This document shows positions 1 through 12,800 of a stretch of DNA of 64,000 nt, piece by piece. Origin of the DNA: Asterias rubens. Lineage: Eukaryota. The DNA is taken from assembly GCF_902459465.1 (NCBI RefSeq), contig NC_047072.1:16988001-17052000 (forward strand), in the 5' to 3' direction. A program made the position numbers and the translations under genes. Under the pieces are notes generated by a model. The model searched no databases. It was not told where the DNA came from and was given only the letters and a program-made list of their open reading frames with translations. Positions within the stretch are counted from its first letter, which is position 1; the number at the start of each line of letters is the position of its first letter.

Positions 1-208
1 TGTGCTTTCAGATAGGAATAAAAGACTTCTAGCTAACAGTCTTTTATTCTTTTAGTGAGAAATTACCTCTTTCTCAAAAACTACGTCATTTCAGAGGAAG
101 TCGTTTCCCACACTGTTTTACGCTATCAACAGCTCTCCAATGCTCGTTACCAAGTCAGTTTTTAAGTTAATATTTGTTTTGAGTAATTACCAAACGTGTA
201 CCTTCCCT
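1..208 (+). mobile_element. Kolobok-like MITE, 3' part (subfamily with GGTACACGTTTGG termini)
   Basis: Nearly identical to 41240-41449; ends AATTACCAAACGTGTACCTTCCCT. Confidence 0.8.
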
Positions 209-743
209 CTAAGTTTATTAAAAGAGACCTCAAAATTAGATTTTGAATTTGAGGTCTAAAAATCAAGTAGTCCGGTTCCCAGACCCCAAAATCTCCGACC
301 AGGCTCTGTCGAATTTAGGGTCCGGTATCACCCAAAATCACGTGACCAAAATGAGGAATTCCTTCTTTTTCGAAGTTATCCGAAATTATCCGAATGTGTT
401 GTCGTCAACATTCGGACAGTATCGTTGATGGTCGGTATGGAATCATAATGTCAGTCCTGTCGGCCGTAGATCCAGGAGTTTTTATGCAAGCTTTTGTTAT
501 TTAAAGCCAATGCAGGCGTTGTGCCTAAATAAAGCGTTTGCAAAGCGATGCGACAAGTTCAAAATATAAACCTGGGAAAACGCTCCGGGATTTGGTAAGT
601 TTTTGTCCTTTTTCTTCAAAAATATTTTCTCATCATGAGTCAATGGTGTTTTTTGGCTTGAGTGTTCATTAGAGTTAGACATTGAGGATTAAGTGTCTTG
701 ATTTTTAAAGTGGTAAAAATGGGGCATATCTGGTGACTAGCCG

Positions 744-805
744 TCGAAATTATACGTGTTGAACCAGATTGTCATCGAAATTATACGTGTTGAACCAGAT
801 TGTCA
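744..805. repeat. 31-bp exact tandem duplication
   Basis: TCGAAATTATACGTGTTGAACCAGATTGTCA x2. Confidence 0.9.
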
Positions 806-1631
806 TTTGCCGATCAAAAGAATCTCGTAACCTTCCGGCCTGGCGGCCATCGGGAGGAAGGTTACGTTATCGCAACTAGTGCAGACATGGTTTCCCTGGA
901 GATGACCCCCGACCCTGACAAAATGCGTCATGCTCTATTTTTAACCGTGGGCGATACCTGACCTAAGATTTTTAACAAGAGACGTCAAGGAATCTTTAGT
1001 CAGGGGACCAGACTGGAAATCAAGGATCAAATCACACATCTCTGTGTGACAATGGTGTTTTTTCTTTCATAGTTGTCTCGCAACTCCGACGACCAATCGA
1101 ACTCAAATTGAAATAGGTTTGTTATTTTATGCATATGTTGAGATACACCAAGTGAGAAGACTGGTCTTTGACTGGTCTTCTGGGTCAGTTTAGATGCCGA
1201 ACAGAGCGCTATAGAAAGAGCCCTCTCCCTCACCTCACACGCCTTTTTAATAACTGATTTGCAGTAGAATGCAGCTTTTTATGCGCCCTTTGACTGTGAC
1301 AGCAATATTTTTTATCCAGGTTTTTTTTTCCCGCAACTTTCAGAACAATTTATTTTATACTTTGTAAATATTTGTCTCTCCTTAATCAATTATTTCTTAA
1401 ATAATGTGAAATAGTGTGATTTTTTCTTATTTTTTAATCTCTGTATATTTTCCTGCAATTCGACATACGGTCGCCATGGAAATTTGTTTTTAAAACAATA
1501 AACCAATTATGAATTAAATGAATGAATGGATGAATGAATGAATTACCAATAGTGTCCAGTGTCTTTAAATAAATTGTTAGAGTAAAAATCGATGCATGGT
1601 GTAAAAGTGTCCATCAGTGCACAACGAAGCA

Positions 1632-1959
1632 CAAGGCAGTCGCATTATTCGCTCCAAAAAGACGCCGCTGTAAACCCACCCGTATACCCTGTGCGTGGTG
1701 CGTGCGATCACACCGCATGACCCACCCGTATACACACTGTCACCTCACTCGTACCACTAACCGCATGCGTAGGCCATCGGGCATTATGTTAATGAGCTGA
1801 CCGTGTGAACTCTTCGCCTATTATAGTAATGAGGTCAGTGGCTTCAACACAGACCCTACCTCCGCATGCGGATAGTTACGGGGGCATCGTGTCGTGCGAT
1901 ACGGGTGGGTTTTTATACAGCGGCGGTCTTTTTTCGGAGTGAATAATTCGACTGCCTTG
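1632..1959. mobile_element. Foldback MITE with inverted termini of about 55 bp
   Basis: CAAGGCAGTCGCATTATTCGCTCC..CCCACCCGTAT versus ATACGGGTGGG..GGAGTGAATAATTCGACTGCCTTG. Confidence 0.7.
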
Positions 1960-3000
1960 AGCAAGGCTATAAGCGCAACAAATAGTAAGTTGTCGGAATT
2001 TTAGACCGTAGCAACAGACATGAACATGTCACAAATTTCCATTTGTTGCATTTGCTTTTTACTGGTAAACAGCTGTTGTTTGCCTATCTTGACAATCAAA
2101 TAGAAGTAGGGAAATCCCTTCTTTATCAATGCAAATTTTTCATGCTAAGCAAATTGTTGTGCACCTATATTTGTTGCGATCCCGGCACGGATCGAGCTAA
2201 TCGAACGCACCTATATTTGTTGCGATCCCAACAGTAGAAATCACCGAATAAAAATCATGAAAACTCGTATTTTGTTGACAACTTGAATTTTATTACAACT
2301 TAATCTCAAATATACAGAATAACAATATTTACAAAAAATACAAAAACACCGGAGAAAACAGCGATGTTGTGAAGGCAAACTTGTTTAACAGTGTTTTCTA
2401 TAATACCATAACTGTTTATTCTTGTTGAAATTTCGATAAGTAGTTTGCAGACATTTAAAGAAAGTGAATAGACCTACTACGTCGTTTTATATTTATAAAA
2501 GAAATGACAATCGAAGCCTTCCATGAATTGGTAAATTGTACTGTAAACTTGGCCTTTTAAATATAGCCGAAAGGAAACAAATAATGAAATAATATGAATA
2601 AATACCAGATAATATATTTATTTAAAAAAACTGAAATATTGTTACAATGAAGCAACATGGACTATTTTGTAATGTTAAGGATCATTCGCCGATAAAATCA
2701 ACAACTATTTTGTTTACCGAAACATGTGAAATAATTTAAAATGATTAAAAAAAAATGTTCTAAATAAAAGTGCCACTGAAATGATTTGTGTGGATATTTG
2801 AAATTTATACAATTCCAAGTTGTGGCAACATTTGCATTTATGTACCAGTTAACTATGACTAAGTTCTATACATGTTTACATTTTGTTTGGAAATTTTAGT
2901 CTCATTTTAATTCAAACATCAACCTAATGTGATAGCCAGCTATCTTTTTTCGGGAAATTTGAAACCTACTCATCAAACAAAATTAAGAGAAAGTATGAAC

Positions 3001-3148
3001 ATGGGAGACTTTTGGGGCCCTTGGTGGCAGCAGACTTACCAGGTAAAATCCATTGTTCTCGGTCATGTGCGCACGCTCAGAACTACGTAAACAATAACAA
3101 AATTACCTGGTAAGTCTGCTGCCACCTAGCGTCCCAAAGTCTCCCATT
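3001..3148. mobile_element. Short palindromic MITE
   Basis: ATGGGAGACTTTTGGG..GGTGGCAGCAGACTTACCAGGTAA versus TTACCTGGTAAGTCTGCTGCCACC..CCCAAAGTCTCCCAT. Fragment at about 48958. Confidence 0.75.
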
Positions 3149-3470
3149 GATTCAAAGTCATAAGCAAAGACAGTGAGCATAGATGGTGTCCAAGATGTTA
3201 CCTGAATATCTGTGACAAATAACACAGACGACACAGACCTATCCAAAGAGAGGCTTTCCTGTTAGCCTCGTTATGGTTTCTAGAATCTGAATTGAAGATA
3301 GACTACATTTTTGTGGTGTGATTAAAGAACATTCTGGTGTTTGACAAACCGAGTCATTTTTATTCGTCAATTTGGTCAGTATTCACTTTACTTCAAACCT
3401 CTTGGTTTATACTTCGAGTCAATACACTTCATACAAAGTTTAAGGCTTTTATCCAATCTAGTTCACTCAT

Positions 3471-3800
3471 GGCGCAAGTCCGAGTGTATACCCTGGTCGT
3501 TGACTAAAGGTTGACTAATTTGACTCGAACCCAGGTTGGTCTACTATTTGTCGACTATTGTGGTCGACCATTTGGAACCAGCCTCACGGTTCCTTCCGTG
3601 GTCCCGATAGCCTGTTCCATGCAAACATGTGTAAAGCACAGAAGGGAACCAGTGACACTATAGCAACAAGGAATGGAGTGTTGAATATACCGTGGCACCT
3701 ATGGTTGAATGGGCTTCCAAACGAGTTGTCGGGTGAGTGTGTGTCACTGCACACTGTTGCTGGCCAATAGTCGACTAATGTGTGCACTTGAACTTGCTCT
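3471..3800. mobile_element. Probable Harbinger-like MITE in the proximal Brachyury 3' UTR
   Basis: Right end GTGCACTTGAACTTGCTCT matches the TIR of 26504-26634. The left end at 3471 matches at about 14/20 positions. Confidence 0.5.
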
Positions 3801-3816
3801 TGATTTGTCTACGTTT

Positions 3817-6800
3817 TTACAAGCCCGGAGAGGGTGGGGTCAGTGGGCTCCACGAACCACCCTTGCCGTGGTACAACTGATTTGACACGGACGAGTAGCC
3901 TCCCACATTCTCGGTCGAAATCGGAACTCCGTTCCCTTCAGACAGATGATTGTAATTCTGGTATCCTCCACACGAAGACAGCGCCGCTGACGGGCGTGGC
4001 ACCCCCGTAATCGAGGAAGTGCTGTGTTGATTGTAATTGGCGTACGTTGCTCGAAGTAGTGACGTATGAACCGGGGAAGCCACAGCGCAGCTTGATGCGG
4101 GCGGGACTGATGAGGTTGTTGCAGTTGGCCATACGCTGCCGTACTGGGAACATGATGTAGCTGTGCTGTGATGGGCGGAGTTACCAAGGGGAGACCAAGC
4201 CTCGGGAGTTGATAGAAGTGGGAGGGATGACGTTGATGATTCACTAACATATGCACCTGCAAACAATAGTATATAAACACATGATTCGGTTGTAAACCGA
4301 ATTCCGATAATAATTACCAGTTTTAATATTATGTATTGATTTTATACAACGATTTGGGGGGATGAACACAGAATTGACTAGAGTGGGATTCGAACCAACC
4401 CTTTCCGGATTAACGTGCCGGCGATATGCCAACTGAGCTATCTAGCCCGTTAATCCGGAGGTCGTTGGTTAGAATCCCACTCTAGTCAATTCTTTGTTCA
4501 TCCCCAAAAATCATTTCAAAATTTACCCGGTCAGTTTCCCTTGTGGTTTATATTGATTTTATACATCGTATACTTTGCCCATTCCATAAAACACTAGCGC
4601 ATAGCAAAAATAAACAATTAAACAAACAACAACAGCAAAAAGACATTTGTTAATGGTAGCAGCAGCAATCACAAAATAGAATTGAAATACCACAATCCAT
4701 AAATGCGAACACAAGACCCTTTGGAGAACTTCTCGTACAATTAATGTTTAAAAGGCAAAAGTCGGTAGATTGAGTGTGGCTCTGAAAACAGCTGGGATGG
4801 CCTCGACGTTTCGAGTACACTCTACTCGTATTCGAGAGTCGAACAGGCGAGCATTCAAATTAAGATGAGCAGGGTAATAATGATAACAATATATCGAAGT
4901 CTTATAATACACAGAAGGCGCTGAGTAAACACAAACTTTCAGAAAGATATGTCATTGAAGTGATGAATATCTCTAAAACATATTTATTCTACTGGTATTA
5001 AGTTTACCCCAGTCTTGACGACTTTAAGGGTATAAAGCGTATGTCTTCCACATAGATGTGCCACTTGATACATCTTTCAGAATCACAACTTAAGTTATTC
5101 AGCGGCCCACTGCTGTTTCGAGGTATTTCTTATCGTTAAACGGAACGACAAGTCTTTCAAAAATAAGATACAAACAAACAACAAGCAAAAAACAACTTCC
5201 AACCTCGCAGCAAAAGTCAAAACTAAACAGAACTAATCAAAGGCAACCATAATGTCAAGTGATACATCTTCGTAAAGCAATGTTTGCTCACTTGTTGGCT
5301 CAGAATAGTGCAGATTAGAAATTCCGGTTTATTTTCTGGCCTCGGTTTGCCTACGTGACTTCTGACCGTAAACGGGGGCTTACAGTCCCCGGGACTCCGT
5401 GTCTGCGTCCCCGTCAAGACAATCCCGTGCCACCCGCTAATGTTTGCTGTTCGGAAAACCTCCGACATTACTAGATTGTGTACTTTATTTGCAACCTCAT
5501 CTCGTATTTGCAGTAATGACGCAATCAATGAGTTTTAATTATTCCATGTCAATTGTAATTAAAGTAAAATGAGGTTTGCTTAGAATTCTGGAATTGTTTT
5601 GATCGACGGAGAAACATAGACGGGGCTGAAATAACAAAGCATAGCTATAGGAAATGACTGGGCCCTGAGTGACAGGGTGTTGGGTTGATGTGTGGAGAAA
5701 GGGAATTATAACAGTAGGCCTACTACTCTATGTCTACTTTGGAAACAAATTGAAAGAAGAAGAAAACATACAGAAAGACAGAGCAAATAACAATAATATG
5801 AAGCAACTCATTCTTCGCGTATGCCCCACGCCTTTGGAACTGTCTTCCTCATCAAACTCGTTGCGCGGAGTTGCTTAAAGTTTTTAAAGGCTCATCTCAA
5901 AATCTTCCTCTTTCTAAAATTTCTTGTAAAAGCGCCAGGAATTCCCAGTGACATGTTAGCGAGCTCTAAAAATGCCGATTATTATTGGGTTTTTATTTTT
6001 ATTTTGTATACACTGAGATACAAATTGATTTTATACTTCTTAACTTCAGATAAAAAGAAGGTGAAAAGGAAAAACAACTTGGGTAAAAACAAGTCATTAT
6101 CGAGCATGGGCCGTTTTAACACATTCAACACCTTATCCCTTAAAGGTTTTTAGTTTACCGTCTTGATGCCCCAGGACATTAAGATACCTCAACGGAAGCC
6201 AAAAGGTAGAACCGAAAACTTACAAATCCTTGTGGCCACCCGCCCGTCGTCTCATACTTGTGTCTAAATAAATACCATCCATACAGGAAGTGAATTTAGA
6301 ATCTCTAAAAATTCCATTGAAATCCCGTGTTTAAACATGGAAGTCAACACACAAAACACCGCAAACTTGCACCAATAAACTAACACAGGTGTGCGTCGGG
6401 GGACAGAAGCCTAAAACACGGCGTGACACCTTGACAAACCGTCCGGTGAGAACGCCCCTTTAGAACACATTGTGTGGGCTTGGTGTTTAATAACAATGCA
6501 TTTCGCACTCTTGAGTTGACTGTTCGGGAGTCGATATTAAGATGTCAAATAAGGAGACAAACATTGGAAGAATAGAGTTAAGAAGTTAAACAGAGAGGAG
6601 GAACACCGATGGTGGTAAAGGGTGCACCCAACCCACCAAAATAGGAGAAAATAGAGCGTCGGAGTCATTTGTTTTTTTGAAGGCCCTCAAAATATTTTAT
6701 TCCAGACAGATTTGAGCACCCAAGATAAGCGACACAGTGTATGAAATGTTCCCAAATTGATCCGTGTGGATTGTTGACTTCCAACTTGAGGTTTTGTAAA

Positions 6801-9800
6801 TGTCATGCCGGGAAATGCCTAAGAACAAACAATACACAGACCCTACCCATAAAATATGGAAAAATCCCCTTTTTTGAAATTATTTCAATCTCAAGACAAC
6901 ACGGTGCTGGAGCGTCACTGAATTGGACTGCGCAAAAAGCAAACCAAAAAACAACGCAACGAAATCAATAAAAACAACATCAACGACACTAATTTCATAC
7001 AACCACCATAATTTCAAAGTAAAAACTATTCTGTTCAGTGTAATGAACTAATTGTTAATAATCTTAAATCAGTTGTTCAAAATCATACTCGAAGCCATTC
7101 GATTGCACAGTCAAGCCAAGTCATTGCACAATGATCCAATTAAAGACACTGGACACTATTGGTAGTTGTTAAAGACCAGTCCTCTCACTTGGTGTATCTC
7201 AACATAATATGCATAAACGAACAAACCTGTGAAAATTTGAGCTCAATCGGTTATCGAAGTTGCGAGATAATAATGAAAGAAAAAAAACACCCTTGTCACA
7301 CAAAGTTGTGTGCTTTCAGATGCTTAATTTCGAAACCTCAAGTTCTAAATCTGAGGTCTCGAAATCAAATTCGTGGAAAATGACTTCTTTTCCGAAAACT
7401 ACGTCACTTCAGACTCTGAGGGAGCCATTTCTCACAATGTTTTATACTATCAACCTTTCCCCATTACTCATTACCAAGTAAGGTTTTATGCTAACAATTA
7501 TTTTGAGTAATTACCGATAGTGTGCACTGCCTTTAAACCAGGTCACGAATTACATTTTTGAGAAGCCGATTTCCTTTTGAAAAGGACACATCGTAACATC
7601 AAGAAATATTGAAAGCGCACCAAGGCCAGAGCATCATAAGCCTGGACCAATGTTCGTGCTAAAACAGTTGATAATTATCTTACTATTTCGTTCCGTTTGG
7701 TCAAGTTTTACTCTTTGCATAATATCAAAATATTTTGTATTTGTTGTCTGGCATTTTCAGTTTACATAGCCTTTTGATTGACGGGTAAGCCAGGTAATGA
7801 TTATTTTTTGAGAAATTTCAAAAAAGGATCTCCCTGGGTTCGGGATACTTTATACATGTTACGGAAATAGTGTGAACCATAACAACTCATTCAAATAAGT
7901 CGTCACACTTTTGGCATGATGATATAGGTGACAAACAACTCAAACAGTAAGACCCCAAACAACACGATTGGTGTCAGTGCAGGTAATTATTTCCATTTGT
8001 GATTTCTCTCCAATTGTTGGCGAACCACCCACACTGTGTTCAGCTGAGATGTACATAAATCCCAGGCTTCATCGGAAAAATACAGAGAACAAATTAATGA
8101 TAAATCCATCGGCAATAAAGATAAGGAACGAGCGGGGATAAAACCGAGGTAGGTGCGGGGGCTATTGAATCGTTTGACGGTACCAGTGAGTCACCCTATT
8201 CATTGGTAGGTCGTATTCGGTGATAAAACACCCCCGGAATACAAAGATGTTTACTGGGGTAACCACACTAGTTTGGAGGTCTACCTTTTGTCGGTGTCGA
8301 ACTAGCATTGATGCAAACCGGTTTGTTTTCCGAGGACAATTGGTGACAATGCAAATTTGGTTAAAATAAAAAGTGGGATTACATTTCATGAACACATTTT
8401 GGTCCAATTGCTCGCCTCTGATCAAAGGCACCGACACGTATTATGTATACCCAGCAACAAAAGAATTTTTACTGGAGGTTGAGTTTTATTTAAACTTTTA
8501 GGGTTTTGGAATCTGACAAGAGTTGGAAGTTTGTTTATTACAGAACGTGGGATCGACACCTGCAAGTTGTTGGTTTTATGATTGGTTTTTATTTAACACC
8601 CACAACAGTAAATAAAATTAGTGACATAAAAAGGTCCCTTTTCGTTTTGCTGTTCCAGTACGCCTAACACCTACTTTTGAAAATAAATCTGTTACAAGAT
8701 TAAAGTTGCATTTTTGTCTCATTTTTTCCCCGAATAAAGTTTGACTGATGAGACTGTTGTTGTTTCAAAGTTAAAAGACTGAAGCGAGGACTTTCACGGA
8801 TGTCGCAGACGATGCACTAAATACACGTTACTTGCAAACCGACCAATCATTTAGTTCTTTATTAACTACCACTTATCACAAGATTTTTCAAATCTGTATA
8901 AGAAGAACATCCGCCTCAAATTTAAATTTAAATAAGTAGGGTCAAATTTCAGATCAGATCAAGTATCTTTAAATCTCTAACGAAAAAGGACTGACAGACT
9001 TTCAGAACTAATGTGAAAGTGAGATAATTTTAAGAAGAACCTTTAACCATAGAGGAAGGTAATATTATTTCCTTCCCTCCATGCTTTAACCTTGCACAAG
9101 ATTGAACACTTTATTACAGTTTTTCAGAACCAACACTACTCCAAAAAACAAATTACAATTGGTGCTACATCAAACCTCACTTAATTTTACACCTATCGTG
9201 CAAAGTTTCCTATCATATTAAAAATTGACTAGGACAAAAAAACTAAAAAACTAAATCGACAACAAAGTTAATGACCTACCAGAGTCTTTCTAGAAAGCAA
9301 ACGTGAAATAAAATTTGAAACTAAACCAAGTGTGTGTTTGTGAAAAGGATGAAATGAATCAAATAGTTTCCAACTTACTTGTAGGTGAGTACTTTTGTTC
9401 ATAGGGTGGTGGTGGGTAGGGTGTGGAACGGTGACTCCGTAGACTGCCATACCTCTCCATTGCACAGTTATGTGAAGCGGGTGAAGGGAGGCTGAGAGAC
9501 GGGGCGAACTGATGGGGATTCGGGGCCGAACACAGACCCCCGGCGCTAGGTAGAAACCAACTACCCACTGTTGGAGAAAGTAGGATTTTAGTTTGTAGAG
9601 TCAATAAATGATCGTTCCAAAATATCGCGGACAATTTCGCCTACTTTTAAAGACACTGGACACTATTGGTAGTTGTCAAAGACTAGTCTTCTCACTTGGT
9701 GTATCTCAACATAATATGCATAGAATAACAAACCTTTGAAAATTTGAGCTCAATTGGTCCGTCGTAGATGCGAGATAATAATGAAAGAAAAAACACCCTT

Positions 9801-12800
9801 CTCACACGAATTTGTGTGCTTTCAGATGCTTGATTTCGAGACCTCAAATTCTTTATCTGAGGTCTCGAAATCAAATTCGTGGAAAATTACTTCTTTCTCG
9901 AAAGTCACTTCAGAGGGAGCCGTTTCTCACAATGTTTTATACTATACTATCAACCTCTCCAAATTACTCGTTACCAAGTAAGGTTTTATGCTAACAATTA
10001 TTTTGAGTAATTACCAATAGTGTCCACTGTCTTTAGGCATTCCAACGAATAGTTGGTTCTCTCAGTGTTAGCATGATGGAAACATATCATAGATTTATAA
10101 GCTATCCAGCCAGTTAAAAACAATGTTGCTGTTTTTTTATGAAAGCAAACCACAAACGAACTGAAAATCAAACTGTGGGAAGAGTGTCAGCTTTTGTAAA
10201 ATATGAGGTTATCAAGTATAACGTATTTAAAAAAAAATAATAATAATAATGACTTTAAAGGAGCACGTTGCCTTGGACCGGTCGAGTCGGTCTTTGAAAA
10301 GCGTTTTTAACCGTTTGATATAAAATGCATATGGTTGAAAAGATGTTGTAAAAGTAGAATACAATGATCCACACAAATATGCCTCGAAATTGCGTGGTTT
10401 TCCTTTTACCACGTCGACGAACATGGTCGGCCATTAATTATGGGAGTCAAATTTTTGACCCCCATAAATGGCCGACCGTGTTAGTTCGCAAAGCAAAAGA
10501 AAAACCACGCACTACTTAGGCATATTTGTGTGGATCATTGTATTCTACTTTTAAAACATCTTTCCAACCATATGCATTTTATAACAAACGGTTACAAAAT
10601 GCTTTTTATAGACCAACTCGTCCGATCCAAGGCAACGTGTCCCTGTAATGTGTTTTTTGTTGTTGTCCAAGAGCAAAAGCTTAATTTTTAATAGATCAAT
10701 ATTATTTGAATAAGCCATAAAATGCTTCATTACTTTATATCTCCTAACTATCTAAATGCAGTGAGAGAAAAACTGACTTAATAGTTTAAATTTTATAATT
10801 TATATAAATTTATATGTATATTTGGTTTGCTGTGACACCATGTGTGTTTTGTTCTTAGAGAACTGTCTTGCTTTATTCTACTATACCGCTAAGTAGATTG
10901 TTCGGGTGTTCGGGAGATGCCTCAAATCCTATATACATGTGTTTTTAATTTAATTTGCATGTTTGATTTGACTTACGTTGTGGATATCTTGGTTGCTGTA
11001 AATCGTGATAGTCATCTTGCTCATGGTCTCCCCTGAAACAATAATTGAAAGAAATAAAAATGCATATGAAAACAAAGACTTCCAGGAGAAACCCTTTTTT
11101 TCTCCAGAAACTCTCTTGCCGGTGTTATCAATTTTAAGTTATGGTACATCACCACAAGGAGTTGTCTCGGTTGACAAACATTCAGTTCTTGATGACAATG
11201 TTGCCTTTACAGGAGGGACAATCCCCCAAAACAACAGTCAATTATTGTTCAATGGGAAGAGGTGAATTTAAAGGCAGTGGACAATATTGGGAACTACTCA
11301 AAACATTGTGAAAAACGGCTCCCTCTGAAGTGGAGTAGTGTTCGAGAAAGAAGTAATTTTCCACGAATTTGATTGCGAGACCTCAGATTTAGAACTTGAG
11401 GTTTCGAAATCAAGCATCTGAAAAGCACACAACTCCGTGTGACAACGGTGTTTTTCTTTCATTATTATCTAGCAACTTCAAAGACCAATTGAGCTCAAAT
11501 TTTCACAGGTTTGTTTTTGTATGCATTATGTTGAGACCCACCAAGAAGACTGGTCTTCCACTGTCTTTAAGTTAGACTTGAAGCTTTGTATAACGGTTGT
11601 GGAAACCGGAAAAAAAGGGCAGAGAAACAGAAGAAGCCGGAGATCAACGATAAAGAACATAAAAGGGCCATTGCTGACAACAGAGAGCTCGGGATAGAAA
11701 GGAATGAAGAATTGGTGAAGAGGTTTTCCTCCTGCAGTATAGAGTGAAATAGGCTAGACAGAAGCATTGGATTTTATACCATCAGAGTAAAGGTCAAACT
11801 TTGCTACTGAATGATTACGAGTAACCGATTTTGACTTGGAAAGCCAAAGCCGAGCCTAAATTTTACTCACTTTTCTTTGATATCCAAGAAGGCCTTGGCG
11901 AAGGGGTTGAACTTGATTTTAAGCTGTGTTATCTGTTGAGAGGTTCAAGAGCTTAGCTTAGTACTGAATTCAAATGAAATTAAAATGTCATTATAATAAA
12001 ATTACTAATTTGAAGACTTTTCACTTGCAGCTGAGAAGATGATTTACGAAGAATGCGGCAACAATTATGTTCGTGCTGCTGAAGTGTAATGGCGCCTACA
12101 CGACAGCCAGCTATCAACTTAAAATGACCACAAGGCACAGCCAGAGATTGAAAGTTTGGATTTTCCAGAGGGAGGAAAACCAGAGGGGCCGGAGAAAACC
12201 ATCAGTGTAAAGACAAGACCCAACGCACACTCTATTCACAAATTAATGGTCTTAGTCTGAAATCGAACCAGTGCCGAATAGCAAGTGCTTTACACACTTC
12301 GCCACCTCTCTTACTGGAAGAGGTGATGGTTTTGAGAGAAATTCCGACAAATTTAGTCCGGTTTTATCGTACTACAAATGAACCCTTTTTTGTGAATACA
12401 CACTTCACACGGTTGGAATTCTGCAAGTTGGTTACTTCTAACACTCTGAAACTCCCGATTATAAAATAATTTATCCCGGCTTCTGGTGACAAGGACCCTA
12501 TAAGTGAGGAGGCTCGGAAACTAATTGACAATGAACATTTTCGGCCAGATTGACACAGACTTCGTGCCATTCTGACTCACATAAGGGTCAGTCCCCTTCG
12601 ACCCGAATCTTGGTGAATTTCGGTTCAACTATGATCGAGGAGTTATTGGAGTGTGCATAAGTTATTGTTCTGGATATAATTTGCGAGAATTTCGAACTTT
12701 AATTAAGATATTACAGATGGTACAACTTAAAGACTTACGTCTTCGTTCTGATAAGCCGTAACTGCAATGAACCTTGTCTCTGGGAAGGCGAAGCTCCTTA

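Noticed and set aside
4371-4448. tRNA-Asn-like (GTT) and other tRNA-like sequences as real tRNA genes
   Set aside because: The acceptor and D stems are imperfect, each continues into a shared non-tRNA body, and they are multi-copy, as expected for SINE heads. tRNAscan-SE would settle it.
10174-10181. Su(H) site TGTGGGAA in Brachyury intron 5
   Set aside because: A single 8-mer squeezed between transposons, with no partner site.
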